The position numbers were made by a program, and so were the translations under genes. The notes below the pieces were generated by a model. The model searched no databases and was not told where the DNA came from. It saw only the letters and a program-made list of their open reading frames with translations. A DNA stretch of 29,275 nt, taken from IMG/VR virus record IMGVR_UViG_3300044512_000484, positions 1-29,275 of that record, one strand, 5' to 3'. Below are positions 8,229 through 17,280 of the stretch, piece after piece; within the stretch, counting starts at the first letter, position 1; each line of letters starts with the position of its first letter. Source of the stretch: a virus. Lineage: Duplodnaviria > Caudoviricetes.

Positions 8229-9530
8229 TTATAGTAAGCCCTGAGCGATCAAAATGGCCTTCATTTCGGTTGATAGTTCTGGGGCTTCCATTGGATCGTA
8301 TTTACTCCCAAACTGAGTTTGAAGCAGGTAGTCGTAGTCGGGGAGCGCGTCGAGATATTCCCTGTATGTATTCATCATGGCACCAGCAATCGCCCGTTTC
8401 ACCACCTCGGGGTCTTGCAAAGCACTTACGCTTCCACCAAGGTAGTCAAGAATACGCGCAACGTCACCTTCGGTCATTACGCCGGGACCACCTACGCTCT
8501 CACGCACAAGGCCCACAATGCCCTGAAGTTCTCCCGCTGCAAGCTGTTGCTGAATTTCGGCCTCAGAAAGCCCTTTGCCCATCAGGGTTTTGATGGCCCC
8601 CGTGAAAGCATTTGCCATACGATCAAAGCCCTTTTCGGTTTTGCCCTGAGTCTGTAGGTATTTCTCCATCCGGGCAATGGTTCTCTTTTTGTCCATAAGG
8701 TCACGACGAATGCCGGAAAACGTCTCAAATGAAACAGGAGAGCCAGACGCCTTGGCTAGCGTGCTGGGAATTGAGCCTTCTGGCATTCCCGTAAGAGGTC
8801 CGCCTCCGACAGGGGAAAGCATAAGCTGTCCTGTATTTTTGTTAACAACGCCATAACCAATAAAGTTGCCGCTTTCATCAGTATAGGCACTAGTTTGAGA
8901 ATATGTGTCAGATGATTCACCTGGCGGCACCTGAAGGCGTAGCTCGCTGGCTACCTGCATGTCAGGCTCAACTCCCAAGTCAGACATTGTCTTCATATAT
9001 ATTTCAGCCCTGTTTTGTGGATCTTCGGAGTTCATGGCGGCATTGAATGCGGTTAGGTTTGCCTGTTTGTATTTAGCATCTAATTCTGACGTATTACCGG
9101 CATCACGGATACGAAAATTGGCAACGTCAATTTCCGATTGAGTCCTGCGATTAGCCAACTGCTGTTGCGCCATTTTGTTTTGCGCGGAAATAGCACCATA
9201 CACTTCAAGCATGTCCTTTTTCTTTACGGAATCGCCATCACGAATGCTTTCCAGCACCTTCATTTGTTTAGGATCTAAGCTTTCAAGAAGGTATGGGTTG
9301 GCTTGCGTCATTCCTTTGACATCGCCAGCCATAGCTGCAATTTCCTGCTGGTTTTGCTGAAACTTTTGAATGCCCTCACCAACACCAGCCAGCGCATTTT
9401 GCACTCCTGCACCAATGGCAGCCCCGCCTTGTGCCTGCATTTGGGCACCAGCTAGCGCACCACGAAGGTAGTTAGAATAGTCTGTTGCGCCAAGTTCTGC
9501 TCGAACGCCTGATCCAAATCCGTAAGCCAT
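8229..9530 (-). CDS. Probable internal virion / ejection protein
   Basis: Gly/Ala/Gln-rich N-terminus (GGAAIGAGVQNALAGVGEG); middle gene of the three-gene cluster. Confidence 0.55.
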   Translation of the reverse strand: MAYGFGSGVRAELGATDYSNYLRGALAGAQMQAQGGAAIGAGVQNALAGVGEGIQKFQQNQQEIAAMAGDVKGMTQANPYLLESLDPKQMKVLESIRDGDSVKKKDMLEVYGAISAQNKMAQQQLANRRTQSEIDVANFRIRDAGNTSELDAKYKQANLTAFNAAMNSEDPQNRAEIYMKTMSDLGVEPDMQVASELRLQVPPGESSDTYSQTSAYTDESGNFIGYGVVNKNTGQLMLSPVGGGPLTGMPEGSIPSTLAKASGSPVSFETFSGIRRDLMDKKRTIARMEKYLQTQGKTEKGFDRMANAFTGAIKTLMGKGLSEAEIQQQLAAGELQGIVGLVRESVGGPGVMTEGDVARILDYLGGSVSALQDPEVVKRAIAGAMMNTYREYLDALPDYDYLLQTQFGSKYDPMEAPELSTEMKAILIAQGLL

Positions 9531-10648
9531 TAGACAAAAGTGGGGTTAAAGGTAAACTTGCGCTCAACAATACTTGTCATCCATTTGCGGATAACTCGTT
9601 TAATAAGCGGCTTATCCGATATAAACTGAGCAAACTTTTCGCCGTGTTTAATATAAAGATTAAAGAACCAATTAGGTGAGTCATCGTCTAGCCACTGACG
9701 GAACAAAACCCACATTGGGTTTTCACTGCCAAAGACTTCGCGAGCCACCCAGCACTTAGAGGCAAATCCGCCACCAAGAGCACCAAGACCACTTGCTATT
9801 CCGCCAATCATGGCACCTCTAGCTTGGGCTTTAGCACCTGCAAATCCAGCCTGTGCGCCGTAAATGCTGCTTTGATAATTTGCCAAGTTAGCCTGATTCT
9901 GGAGACCAAGGTTGATGCCCGCGTTGGGGTCAAACAGATTGGGTCCAAGCTGTTGACCAGCCAATCCAGCAGCAAACTGCGAGGACGCCATGCCCATGCC
10001 TGGGGCTTGTGCGGGACGACCAAGGATGGCCTGAAAGGGGTCGGCGGAAGTGGCTTGATTCATGCCAAATGCCAACTGTCCGGTTTGCAACGCTTCAAGG
10101 CGACGGTTCCGCAAAGCCTGTTCACGGTTCAATACTTCGCTAGCAACTGTGCTTTGGTCTCCTACACGCCCACGAGACGCTCCAGCCAAGCGTGCCTGCT
10201 GTTGCGCGTTACGCATTTGCTCAGGCGTAAGACGGCCAGATCGAGCAAACTGGTCTTGAGACATTTGATTAATCTGCTCAAGCAGGGCCTTCTGCATTGG
10301 ATCAGCGGAACGCAAGGCTTCCGTAGCCCTACCACCCAAGGCTTCAACGTCCGCAATGTCTGCTTCTCGTTGGGCCGTTGTTAGCTCTTGTCCAATACCA
10401 GCAGCACGACGAGAAGCCTCGTCTTGAATGTCTAGCAATCCTGCTTGGTCTTCTGTGCCTCGCAGCAACGTGTTAATGTCCGCAAGCTCTAGCTCCGTGT
10501 ATTTGGGACGATAGGTTTGCTCCGCCTGCAAAAGTCGGTTTTGCAACTCAGGGCTAGACATTGAGCGGATAAAATCCAAAGCGGATTTCCCTGGATCAAC
10601 AGGAGTTGGGGCCGGAGGAGCCTTTGGCATTTTTACTGATGAACCCAT
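9530..10648 (-). CDS. Probable pilot/ejection protein with C-terminal CWVAREV (CFI-box-like) domain
   Basis: MGSS..PKAPPAP N-terminus, Gln/Ala-rich body, Gly-rich hydrophobic segment, then KCWVAREVFG...W.LFR.W...Y..HGE. Confidence 0.6.
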   Translation of the reverse strand: MGSSVKMPKAPPAPTPVDPGKSALDFIRSMSSPELQNRLLQAEQTYRPKYTELELADINTLLRGTEDQAGLLDIQDEASRRAAGIGQELTTAQREADIADVEALGGRATEALRSADPMQKALLEQINQMSQDQFARSGRLTPEQMRNAQQQARLAGASRGRVGDQSTVASEVLNREQALRNRRLEALQTGQLAFGMNQATSADPFQAILGRPAQAPGMGMASSQFAAGLAGQQLGPNLFDPNAGINLGLQNQANLANYQSSIYGAQAGFAGAKAQARGAMIGGIASGLGALGGGFASKCWVAREVFGSENPMWVLFRQWLDDDSPNWFFNLYIKHGEKFAQFISDKPLIKRVIRKWMTSIVERKFTFNPTFV

Positions 10649-10649
10649 A

Positions 10650-10979
10650 TTAAACCTTTAATAAATCTTTTAACTTGTAGTAATTGTAAAATCTTGGCTG
10701 GGGCTTTTCCTTAAATTCCCGTGCCCAGCCAATTTTAGAGAGCGGAAATGGAATGTGAGCATATAAAGTAGAAAGAGCGTTTGGACCAATTACTAGTTGA
10801 ACCCACCAAGCGTCAGCTTCTTCGGGCTGAACCCAGCGTTCATGGTCATTTGAAATACACGGTCTAGCCAAGGCCAGCATTGATGGCTCTGAGTAACAAT
10901 AGCCATGCTCCAAATACAGGCCGTGCATTCTTGAAAAATCTGAGCCATATAAATCAAATGCTTTAGATATTGCTGACAT
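10650..10979 (-). CDS. Conserved protein, possibly GNAT-like (positional analogue of T7 gp13 / P22 gp14)
   Basis: Sits between tail and ejection genes; LALARP, DAWWVQL, PFPL.KIGWAR pattern. Confidence 0.45.
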   Translation of the reverse strand: MSAISKAFDLYGSDFSRMHGLYLEHGYCYSEPSMLALARPCISNDHERWVQPEEADAWWVQLVIGPNALSTLYAHIPFPLSKIGWAREFKEKPQPRFYNYYKLKDLLKV

Positions 10980-11653
10980 TAGGTAGCAATAATGCCATGA
11001 GTGCGAAGGGCTGCAAGGATTGTGTTAATTCTTGCATCTGTAATATTAAATGCGTCTGCTACTGACTGTGGGTCCGTGCCGCCCGTTCCATTGTCAAAAT
11101 CCGTGTCAATGTAACTAGCACTAAGGCTGTTTATTGCGGTCCCCTGAGCACCAAGCACCTTAGTGCCATTTACTTGATAGCCGTTAGCCGAGGCGACATT
11201 AATAAGATTTCCTGCTGTAATGTCCCTTGCACCACTAATGTCGTTATCGTCATTAATCAAAACAGCAGAAGGCTGAATAGTGCTTCCGAGGTCGCCATTT
11301 GCTCGAATGATTGCGTTGTCGGTGCTTCCACTGGTGCCACCTATTGATCCAGTAGACGAAATATCAATACTATCATCATCAACTGTAAGGGTTATTCCAT
11401 TTCCGGCACTTAGTAACTTTTTAGTAAAACCGGTGCCGTTACCAATAAAAAGCTGATTGTTCTCGGCGGCTTCTAGCTGAGCAGCAGTAATGCCTTTATC
11501 TCTAACCATAATTTGCCCACTAGCGGAAAGCTGGATGGTAGAGTCGTCTACTGCATCAGGATGAAACGTAGCGTCATTAACCGCCGCATTAAGGTTAGTG
11601 GAGGTAACTTGATCGCCGATATTGTAGAAATTTCCTGTTTGGAGAATTGCCAT
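10979..11653 (-). CDS. Short tail fibre / needle-like virion protein
   Basis: N-terminal GxxxxxGDQVTSTNLN anchor-like motif, Gly/Ser/Thr beta repeats, C-terminal INTILAALRTHGII. Confidence 0.6.
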   Translation of the reverse strand: MAILQTGNFYNIGDQVTSTNLNAAVNDATFHPDAVDDSTIQLSASGQIMVRDKGITAAQLEAAENNQLFIGNGTGFTKKLLSAGNGITLTVDDDSIDISSTGSIGGTSGSTDNAIIRANGDLGSTIQPSAVLINDDNDISGARDITAGNLINVASANGYQVNGTKVLGAQGTAINSLSASYIDTDFDNGTGGTDPQSVADAFNITDARINTILAALRTHGIIAT

Positions 11654-11659
11654 ATTGGT

Positions 11660-11670
11660 ATTTTAACACA
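11660..11670 (-). promoter_or_regulatory. Extended -10 promoter, probably leaderless
   Basis: TGTGTTAAAAT, then 6 nt, then the ATG at 11653. Confidence 0.55.
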
Positions 11671-11671
11671 A

Positions 11672-13576
11672 TTAGTTATTGTTGAAAAGGGTTGCTGCTG
11701 GGCCTACCGCAGAGCCATAGCCTTGGGTAATGGATGCTCCTGAACCATGAGTGTTGTTGCCAATCTTGTTTTTGCTCAGAGTAGCAGTTGCTGCGGCGGC
11801 TGTTCCCCCTCCACCAGTGAACGATATTGTTGGTGCCGAGGTGTAGTTGGAACCGCTGTTGGTCAGAGTGATACTATCAACTGCTCCCGATCCATTGATT
11901 GTGCAAGTTGCCGCTGCTCCTGAACCTCCTCCACCAGAAAATGCCACTGTAGGAGCTGAGGTGTATCCTGAACCACCATTCGTTAGGGATATCCTGCCCA
12001 CTCCCTCGCTCGTCTGGTTGTAAACGATGTAGGTTCCTCCATAGGTGTTGCAAGTAAGGTTCAAGATTCTGAGGTTTTGGATTCTCAGTGATGCCTGCGA
12101 ACCACCCGGGGAGAAAAACACTGCCTCATTCCCGCCGAACGGCATATCGATGGTGATGTCCTCAAGGGTCAATCCATCCCAAAGCGTGCCGCCTGCTGTC
12201 TCATCGATTCCAATGGCTCTAAAGAACCCTGTCTGGGTGTAGCGAATCGATCCCCCCTTTACTGATACGTTGTCGAAAAGCCCCAAAAAGTAACCATAGC
12301 CACCTTGGATGTCGTCGATCATGTTCTCGTTGCAGGTTACGTTTGAGGCTTCAGTGATCCGAACGCCGTAGCCTGAATTGATTGCTATTTGATCAGCAAC
12401 GAGGTTGTTGCAGATCTGAATCTGGCTGGGACGGGTTCCACCTTCAGCCGATACCAAGATGCCGCTCTGCTTTACCCGGGTCACAGAATTGCCCTCCACC
12501 AAAATCCGATGGTTGTCATTCAGTATCGCTATGCCGCGACCCCAGTCGGTGAGCTTCGCCGAGATTGTTCCTGTGCCTCCGCTTAGGGCCAAGGTCGGTA
12601 GCGTGTCGGATGCGCCCCATCCGGTGCTGTCAGGGCCATAGAATCGACCTTCCTTAATGTTGCCTGATGCGTCGATGTAGACGTAGCACGGAGGGTTGGT
12701 AGGCACTCCGCTTTTGATGCCTCCGGTGACCGTCACGGTTGGATTTACCGAATACCCGCCTGACCCGTTATTGTCCACCGCTACGCCAAGAACATCTACC
12801 CGGGCACTAAGCTGGTTGCCGGTGACTACGATGTCCGTGCATTCGGTTAGAGCAATGATATCATCATCACAGCCATTCACGATGTTGCCGGTCACCACTG
12901 CCTTGTCCACTTTGCGCAGATTGATCCCATCAGCGAAACAATCGCGCACGATGTTGTTTTGGATCATCACATCTTGAATACGGTCGGTGCGGTCCGTGTT
13001 GATGCTTAGGCAAAACTCGCCACCGTGTTGAAATGCGCAGTCGTGAACCTTTAGATGGTTCGCTCGGAAATGCACCCCCTGCTGACCATATTTGCGGGTG
13101 TCACAGTTGCCGTCGAACGTCATGTCTCGCACCACTACGTGATCACACGTCGTTTCGATATTCATGATTACCCCGCCGTTGGTTGCTGGGGTATTCGAGT
13201 TGTCTCCCCCATCGGATGGGACGACGACTGAGGTGCCTAGGTGCCGCAGTGTGGAAACATCGCGGCCAGCACCAGCAATCACGATGTTGCTGAGATTCTC
13301 GATGGTCGCAGTGCCGCTGTATCGATATTCCCCCGCCGGAAAATAAAGCACGCTGTTGTCCGTCATCACACCAATCGCTGCATCAATAGCTGTCTTGTCG
13401 TCAGTTGTGCCGTCGCCTACTGCGCCGTAGTCCTTCACGCTAATCCAACCTAATACGCTATCAAGATTAACCGTTGCCTCCCCAATAGTCTTATTAAGAC
13501 GCAAAGCCATTGCCTTATTGTTGGCAAAATTTTCAGCCTTATCAGACCAAACAAAACCTGCTTTAATATCACTCAT
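11672..13576 (-). CDS. Tailspike / depolymerase with pectate-lyase-like right-handed beta-helix
   Basis: ISVKDYGAVGDGTTDDKTAIDAAI...LYFPAGEY, many VTGN/IQNN/VEGN rungs, ADGINL...DDDII. Confidence 0.85.
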   Translation of the reverse strand: MSDIKAGFVWSDKAENFANNKAMALRLNKTIGEATVNLDSVLGWISVKDYGAVGDGTTDDKTAIDAAIGVMTDNSVLYFPAGEYRYSGTATIENLSNIVIAGAGRDVSTLRHLGTSVVVPSDGGDNSNTPATNGGVIMNIETTCDHVVVRDMTFDGNCDTRKYGQQGVHFRANHLKVHDCAFQHGGEFCLSINTDRTDRIQDVMIQNNIVRDCFADGINLRKVDKAVVTGNIVNGCDDDIIALTECTDIVVTGNQLSARVDVLGVAVDNNGSGGYSVNPTVTVTGGIKSGVPTNPPCYVYIDASGNIKEGRFYGPDSTGWGASDTLPTLALSGGTGTISAKLTDWGRGIAILNDNHRILVEGNSVTRVKQSGILVSAEGGTRPSQIQICNNLVADQIAINSGYGVRITEASNVTCNENMIDDIQGGYGYFLGLFDNVSVKGGSIRYTQTGFFRAIGIDETAGGTLWDGLTLEDITIDMPFGGNEAVFFSPGGSQASLRIQNLRILNLTCNTYGGTYIVYNQTSEGVGRISLTNGGSGYTSAPTVAFSGGGGSGAAATCTINGSGAVDSITLTNSGSNYTSAPTISFTGGGGTAAAATATLSKNKIGNNTHGSGASITQGYGSAVGPAATLFNNN

Positions 13577-15750
13577 TCTTTAGAACTGATATTCAAGTCG
13601 GTGAGCTGTGAAGAAACCTTTAGCGATCTTATCTTGGGACGCCCAATTCTAGGAGCTAGCGTAAACTGACCGCTATACCCACGAATATTGCCAATGCGGC
13701 CACGCACAGAAGCATCCTCCCCAACGGCTAAGGTGTTTCCCAACAGGTCAGAAAAAGAATCCATTGTGGTTACGGAATCTGGATTTTCTGCCTCAAACGT
13801 AATATTAATGTCCGACTCATTAGTTTCAGAGCTTTCTGCTTGAATCTCAAAAGAGTTGTATCTCTTTCTATCCATAGTTCCACCCGTATATTGACGAGTA
13901 GTTACATAAGAAGGAATACTATACGCAGAATCAGACTGCCCCACGTTGGTGGCTAATAAATCATTATTATCTTCTCGGTCTTCTAGAATGTGTATACCTC
14001 CAAAAGAATTAACCGCATACAATTTATTCAACGAACCAGCACCAGCACGAATTAAGTTTTCAATATCCCACCCCGCTGCCGACACGGTGTCAACGGACTC
14101 CCATCCATTATTCAAAAAGTTATACACCAATATAGTATTGTTAACTTTGGAGCTGTCCAAAGGAACAGAGAGATAATATCTGTTGTCGTGATAGATAGCT
14201 ACAGCTTTATATGCGTAGTCTTTATTAATTCTTTTAATAATTGGATCAATAGACTCCGAGAGTGGAATAGATGCGCCACGCAAATTGTATAAATCCTCAA
14301 ACCTAACTGCATACACGCCGTTGTCTGACAGGAAAAAGATTTGATTACCGACCTGAACAACGGACTTACGTGCCAAACATCCAACCTCTCGCGTGATTTC
14401 TTGCACAACCGTTTCCTCTAATGCCCCAGTTACGCCACGAATCAGGTGGATAGTATTGCGATTGAATACAACTAGGTTGTCTTCAGAAAAGGGTTGGATT
14501 GCCACGACACGATCTGCACCACCGGATGCAATGCGATAGTTCCCGTAAATCTGATCGTAGGTGTTTTGATCTAGAATATCGGAAGCAATAATCTCGTCCG
14601 TAATGCCTCGATTCGTAATTGTAGGAGACCCATCGTCTTCCGATATCGTATAAAGAAATGGCATCCAGAGTCTGCGCTGGTGGTAAATGGCCCACGGCGG
14701 TGCAGGCATATGGGAAAACCCGCCCCCTACAGACACTGGTTTGCTTAAAACCACCGACGCACCAGTAATGTTGTCCGCGTCAGCATAAAACCTAAACTTA
14801 GTAGGATCATCCTCATCAACCTCAAACACCCGATACTCAGATAGCTCGTTGAGGTTAGTGTCGCCGCGAGAAATAATCTTAACTAAATCGTTCTCTACAA
14901 TATCGTGGCCGGACTCTGTAACCGTAACCACTCCATTTGCAATTGCAGTGTTCCCAGAAGTGCTATACACCGAAGGCTGAGTATAATCGCCGTTGTCCAC
15001 TAGCTCAAACGCTGGAGTTCCAGTCAGGTTTCCATCCCACTGCAAAGCCGTTTCGCCATCTCTAAAAATAAAGATATAATTAAAGGCTTGAAGCATATTC
15101 ACCTTTGACGAAATAGAAATGCCTAAAGGGTAGATAATTTCAGGGGCGACTCCAGTAGTAAGGTTTACAAGAAAAACCTTTGAGTTTGTCGCAATCGCAA
15201 TATACTCCTTGTTATTGGATGATGGGTCAGAAAACAAGCACGAACCGTATGCAGCGTTAATTACATTGTCATTAAGATTAGGGGCACCAACGGTTGCAGT
15301 TCCGCCTATAGTCCCACTAAGACCACTAATCTCAATGCTAATGCTGGTAGGGCTGACTACGGTGATTTTGCGGTTTCCGTTGGGGTCTGGTGTAATACCA
15401 GTAATGCCGGAAACATTTGCCAGCGTGATGTTTTGAAAAGAGTGCGGCGAACCAAACGTAATTGTTATCACGTTCCCAACCCTATTAAGACCCGTAGAGG
15501 TTACGTTCCCATAGACGTAAAACGGCAAAGACAATGCCAACTCATCCGTAACAATCGAAGACCCAAAGTGCTGGTGGCCCTTGCGTGTTTGCCATGCCCC
15601 ATTAATATCCATGCGTCCGTTGGAGGACATGGCGACTTCCGATGGACTAAGTTGATCAGGGCGAAGCCTTGCGTTTATTCGAGAAAACGAAAAGTCTCCC
15701 TCGTCAACGAGGGGATTATCAAGGGAGCCATAATTGCTATACCGAGGCAT
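13573..15750 (-). CDS. Tail nozzle / stabilization protein (T7 gp12 / P22 gp10 class)
   Basis: 725 aa beta-rich; ITREVGCLARKSVVQVGNQIFFLSDNGVY and PLSESIDP beta-propeller motifs; gene position. Confidence 0.75.
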   Translation of the reverse strand: MPRYSNYGSLDNPLVDEGDFSFSRINARLRPDQLSPSEVAMSSNGRMDINGAWQTRKGHQHFGSSIVTDELALSLPFYVYGNVTSTGLNRVGNVITITFGSPHSFQNITLANVSGITGITPDPNGNRKITVVSPTSISIEISGLSGTIGGTATVGAPNLNDNVINAAYGSCLFSDPSSNNKEYIAIATNSKVFLVNLTTGVAPEIIYPLGISISSKVNMLQAFNYIFIFRDGETALQWDGNLTGTPAFELVDNGDYTQPSVYSTSGNTAIANGVVTVTESGHDIVENDLVKIISRGDTNLNELSEYRVFEVDEDDPTKFRFYADADNITGASVVLSKPVSVGGGFSHMPAPPWAIYHQRRLWMPFLYTISEDDGSPTITNRGITDEIIASDILDQNTYDQIYGNYRIASGGADRVVAIQPFSEDNLVVFNRNTIHLIRGVTGALEETVVQEITREVGCLARKSVVQVGNQIFFLSDNGVYAVRFEDLYNLRGASIPLSESIDPIIKRINKDYAYKAVAIYHDNRYYLSVPLDSSKVNNTILVYNFLNNGWESVDTVSAAGWDIENLIRAGAGSLNKLYAVNSFGGIHILEDREDNNDLLATNVGQSDSAYSIPSYVTTRQYTGGTMDRKRYNSFEIQAESSETNESDINITFEAENPDSVTTMDSFSDLLGNTLAVGEDASVRGRIGNIRGYSGQFTLAPRIGRPKIRSLKVSSQLTDLNISSKE

Positions 15751-15755
15751 AATTT

Positions 15756-15761
15756 AGTATA
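15756..15761 (-). promoter_or_regulatory. -10 box, probably leaderless
   Basis: TATACT, then AAATT, then the ATG at 15750; no SD sequence. Confidence 0.45.
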
Positions 15762-15777
15762 GCCTATGCAGCAAGGG

Positions 15778-16014
15778 CTACTTTCGGTATTTGGCCGTCT
15801 TCTTGGAAATAGACTTAGGCTGCTTTACGAACTGCTTGCCCTTTTTCATGCCCTTGCGTTTGGCTCTGTTTGTTGCGGCTTTTTCTGCGGCGGTCAGGGA
15901 CTTCCATGCAGCATCCGGCAAATACCGCTCTCCAGTCTTAAGGCTGGGCTTTCCCGAGTTGGTGCGCCACTTCTGCCGCGTCCAGTTCACAAGGCTCTTT
16001 TGCTGTGATTTCAT
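15778..16014 (-). CDS. Small basic protein, resembles the C-terminal half of DUF5872
   Basis: QKSL..WT.QKW.T...ERYLP.AAW..L...EK..TN..KR.G...GKQFV. Confidence 0.7.
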   Translation of the reverse strand: MKSQQKSLVNWTRQKWRTNSGKPSLKTGERYLPDAAWKSLTAAEKAATNRAKRKGMKKGKQFVKQPKSISKKTAKYRK

Positions 16015-16199
16015 CGAGAGGTCTTATATCCGCCGCCCTTGGCTTTGTATTGTTTAGCCAGCATTTGTGCCTTGCGAGCCGACCACTGGCCTGGGCGTCC
16101 ACCCTTACCACCAGACTTAATCGACTGAAACAGTCGCTTCCGCATTGTTGGCTTTGTATATACGCCAGCAGAGTTTACGGTAGATTTTTTAGCAGGCAT
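16011..16199 (-). CDS. Small basic protein, resembles the N-terminal half of DUF5872 (start reassigned to 16199)
   Basis: YTKP..RKRL...IK.GGKGGRPGQWSARKAQMLAKQYKAKGGGY. Confidence 0.7.
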   Translation of the reverse strand: MPAKKSTVNSAGVYTKPTMRKRLFQSIKSGGKGGRPGQWSARKAQMLAKQYKAKGGGYKTSR

Positions 16200-16203
16200 T
16201 TCG

Positions 16204-16452
16204 TTAACAGTTCCAAGCACGCCGACTCCAATAGTTGGCAGACAGCTTGTTGCTTTTGCCTTTAATACCACCAGATCGAGCACAATAACTCTTCTTGCGA
16301 GCTGGCTGGCTCTTTTTAATGGTCATATTGGCATCGCCAAAACGCACCACTTTCTCTTTTCCGCCTTGACAGGCTTTGACGACAAACTTCTTACCACCCT
16401 TAACCTCCCGCTTAGGGCGATTACAGGGCAAATCTCTAGGGTTCTTGGGCAT
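16204..16452 (-). CDS. Small basic conserved viral protein (start reassigned to 16452)
   Basis: KKFVVK...VRFGD..M......ARKKSY.AR......KLSANYWSRRAW motif of a widespread viral DUF-type family. Confidence 0.65.
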   Translation of the reverse strand: MPKNPRDLPCNRPKREVKGGKKFVVKACQGGKEKVVRFGDANMTIKKSQPARKKSYCARSGGIKGKSNKLSANYWSRRAWNC

Positions 16453-16489
16453 TGGTATGGGTTTTCTTAGAAATCGCCTTAAAATGGCT

Positions 16490-16705
16490 TTATTTGGCCT
16501 TATTCGCGTTCTTCTCCTTGTTAAGCTTATCAAGGTTTTGAGACTGCTTCATAATCCAACGGACAGAAAATACACTAACCGTAATTGATCCAAGCAACGC
16601 AGCCACTTGCAAAAGGTCAGCGGCCAGTTGAAGGACCGCAAGGGTTGACGTCCAACTAAGAGCGTTTAGCAAGCCAATCCTGATAGTATCAAATATCTGA
16701 ATCAC
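16490..16705 (-). CDS. Small membrane protein, holin-like (GTG start at 16705)
   Basis: GTGA overlap with the upstream stop; about two hydrophobic segments and a Lys-rich C-terminal tail. Confidence 0.5.
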   Translation of the reverse strand: MIQIFDTIRIGLLNALSWTSTLAVLQLAADLLQVAALLGSITVSVFSVRWIMKQSQNLDKLNKEKNANKAK

Positions 16706-17145
16706 TTGGCGGTCCTTTGCAATGGACGTGATCCAAACCACCACATTACCGCTGTTGATGTGGCAAACACAAAGTCGCCCAGAATCATAGCAACTGCGGC
16801 CTCCCCTACGAATCCTGCGGCAATAAACAGAATCAGAGAAACAACCATAGCCCATGTCAACCCTGGGCGCGTAAACGTCCTAAAGGCATCCACCATTACC
16901 CGTGTAGAAATGACCCACAAGGGGGTGTTTTCCGGTATAGCCACAGAGCCATTGTCGCTTTTCAGACTAGAGTCGAAACTCTTAAACTCTGCCTCAGTGA
17001 CTTTGAGGCGAGAAATAGATTCCATCTTCTTAATCTCAAGCTCAGTTTCCCAAGCCTTAGACTTTGCATCTACTACCCTTTGTACGATTGAGAGAAGGCC
17101 GCCTAAAATAGACCCACCCGCCGCACTAGAAAGAAACGTAAACAT
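16702..17145 (-). CDS. 3-TM holin (GTA-type holin family-like)
   Basis: N-terminal hydrophobic helix, R..TRPGLT followed by two TM segments ending WWFGSR. Confidence 0.7.
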   Translation of the reverse strand: MFTFLSSAAGGSILGGLLSIVQRVVDAKSKAWETELEIKKMESISRLKVTEAEFKSFDSSLKSDNGSVAIPENTPLWVISTRVMVDAFRTFTRPGLTWAMVVSLILFIAAGFVGEAAVAMILGDFVFATSTAVMWWFGSRPLQRTAK

Positions 17146-17150
17146 GAGTT

Positions 17151-17161
17151 ATTTTAACACA
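17151..17161 (-). promoter_or_regulatory. Extended -10 promoter, probably leaderless
   Basis: TGTGTTAAAAT, then 5 nt, then the ATG at 17145; identical 11-mer to the site at 11660-11670. Confidence 0.55.
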
Positions 17162-17174
17162 TGTTTACAGTCAC

Positions 17175-17279
17175 TCACTTACATTTTTTTCTAGGCATTG
17201 CTCGCTTTTTACCCTTGGCCTTTGCGGCCTTGGATGGGCGACCAACTTTGTTTCCGTATGTTCCTTTTCCGTATGGCAT
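17175..17279 (-). CDS. 34-aa highly basic microprotein (not in ORF track)
   Basis: MPYGKGTYGNKVGRPSKAAKAKGKKRAMPRKKCK*; starts 1 nt after the upstream stop. Confidence 0.8.
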   Translation of the reverse strand: MPYGKGTYGNKVGRPSKAAKAKGKKRAMPRKKCK

Positions 17280-17280
17280 T

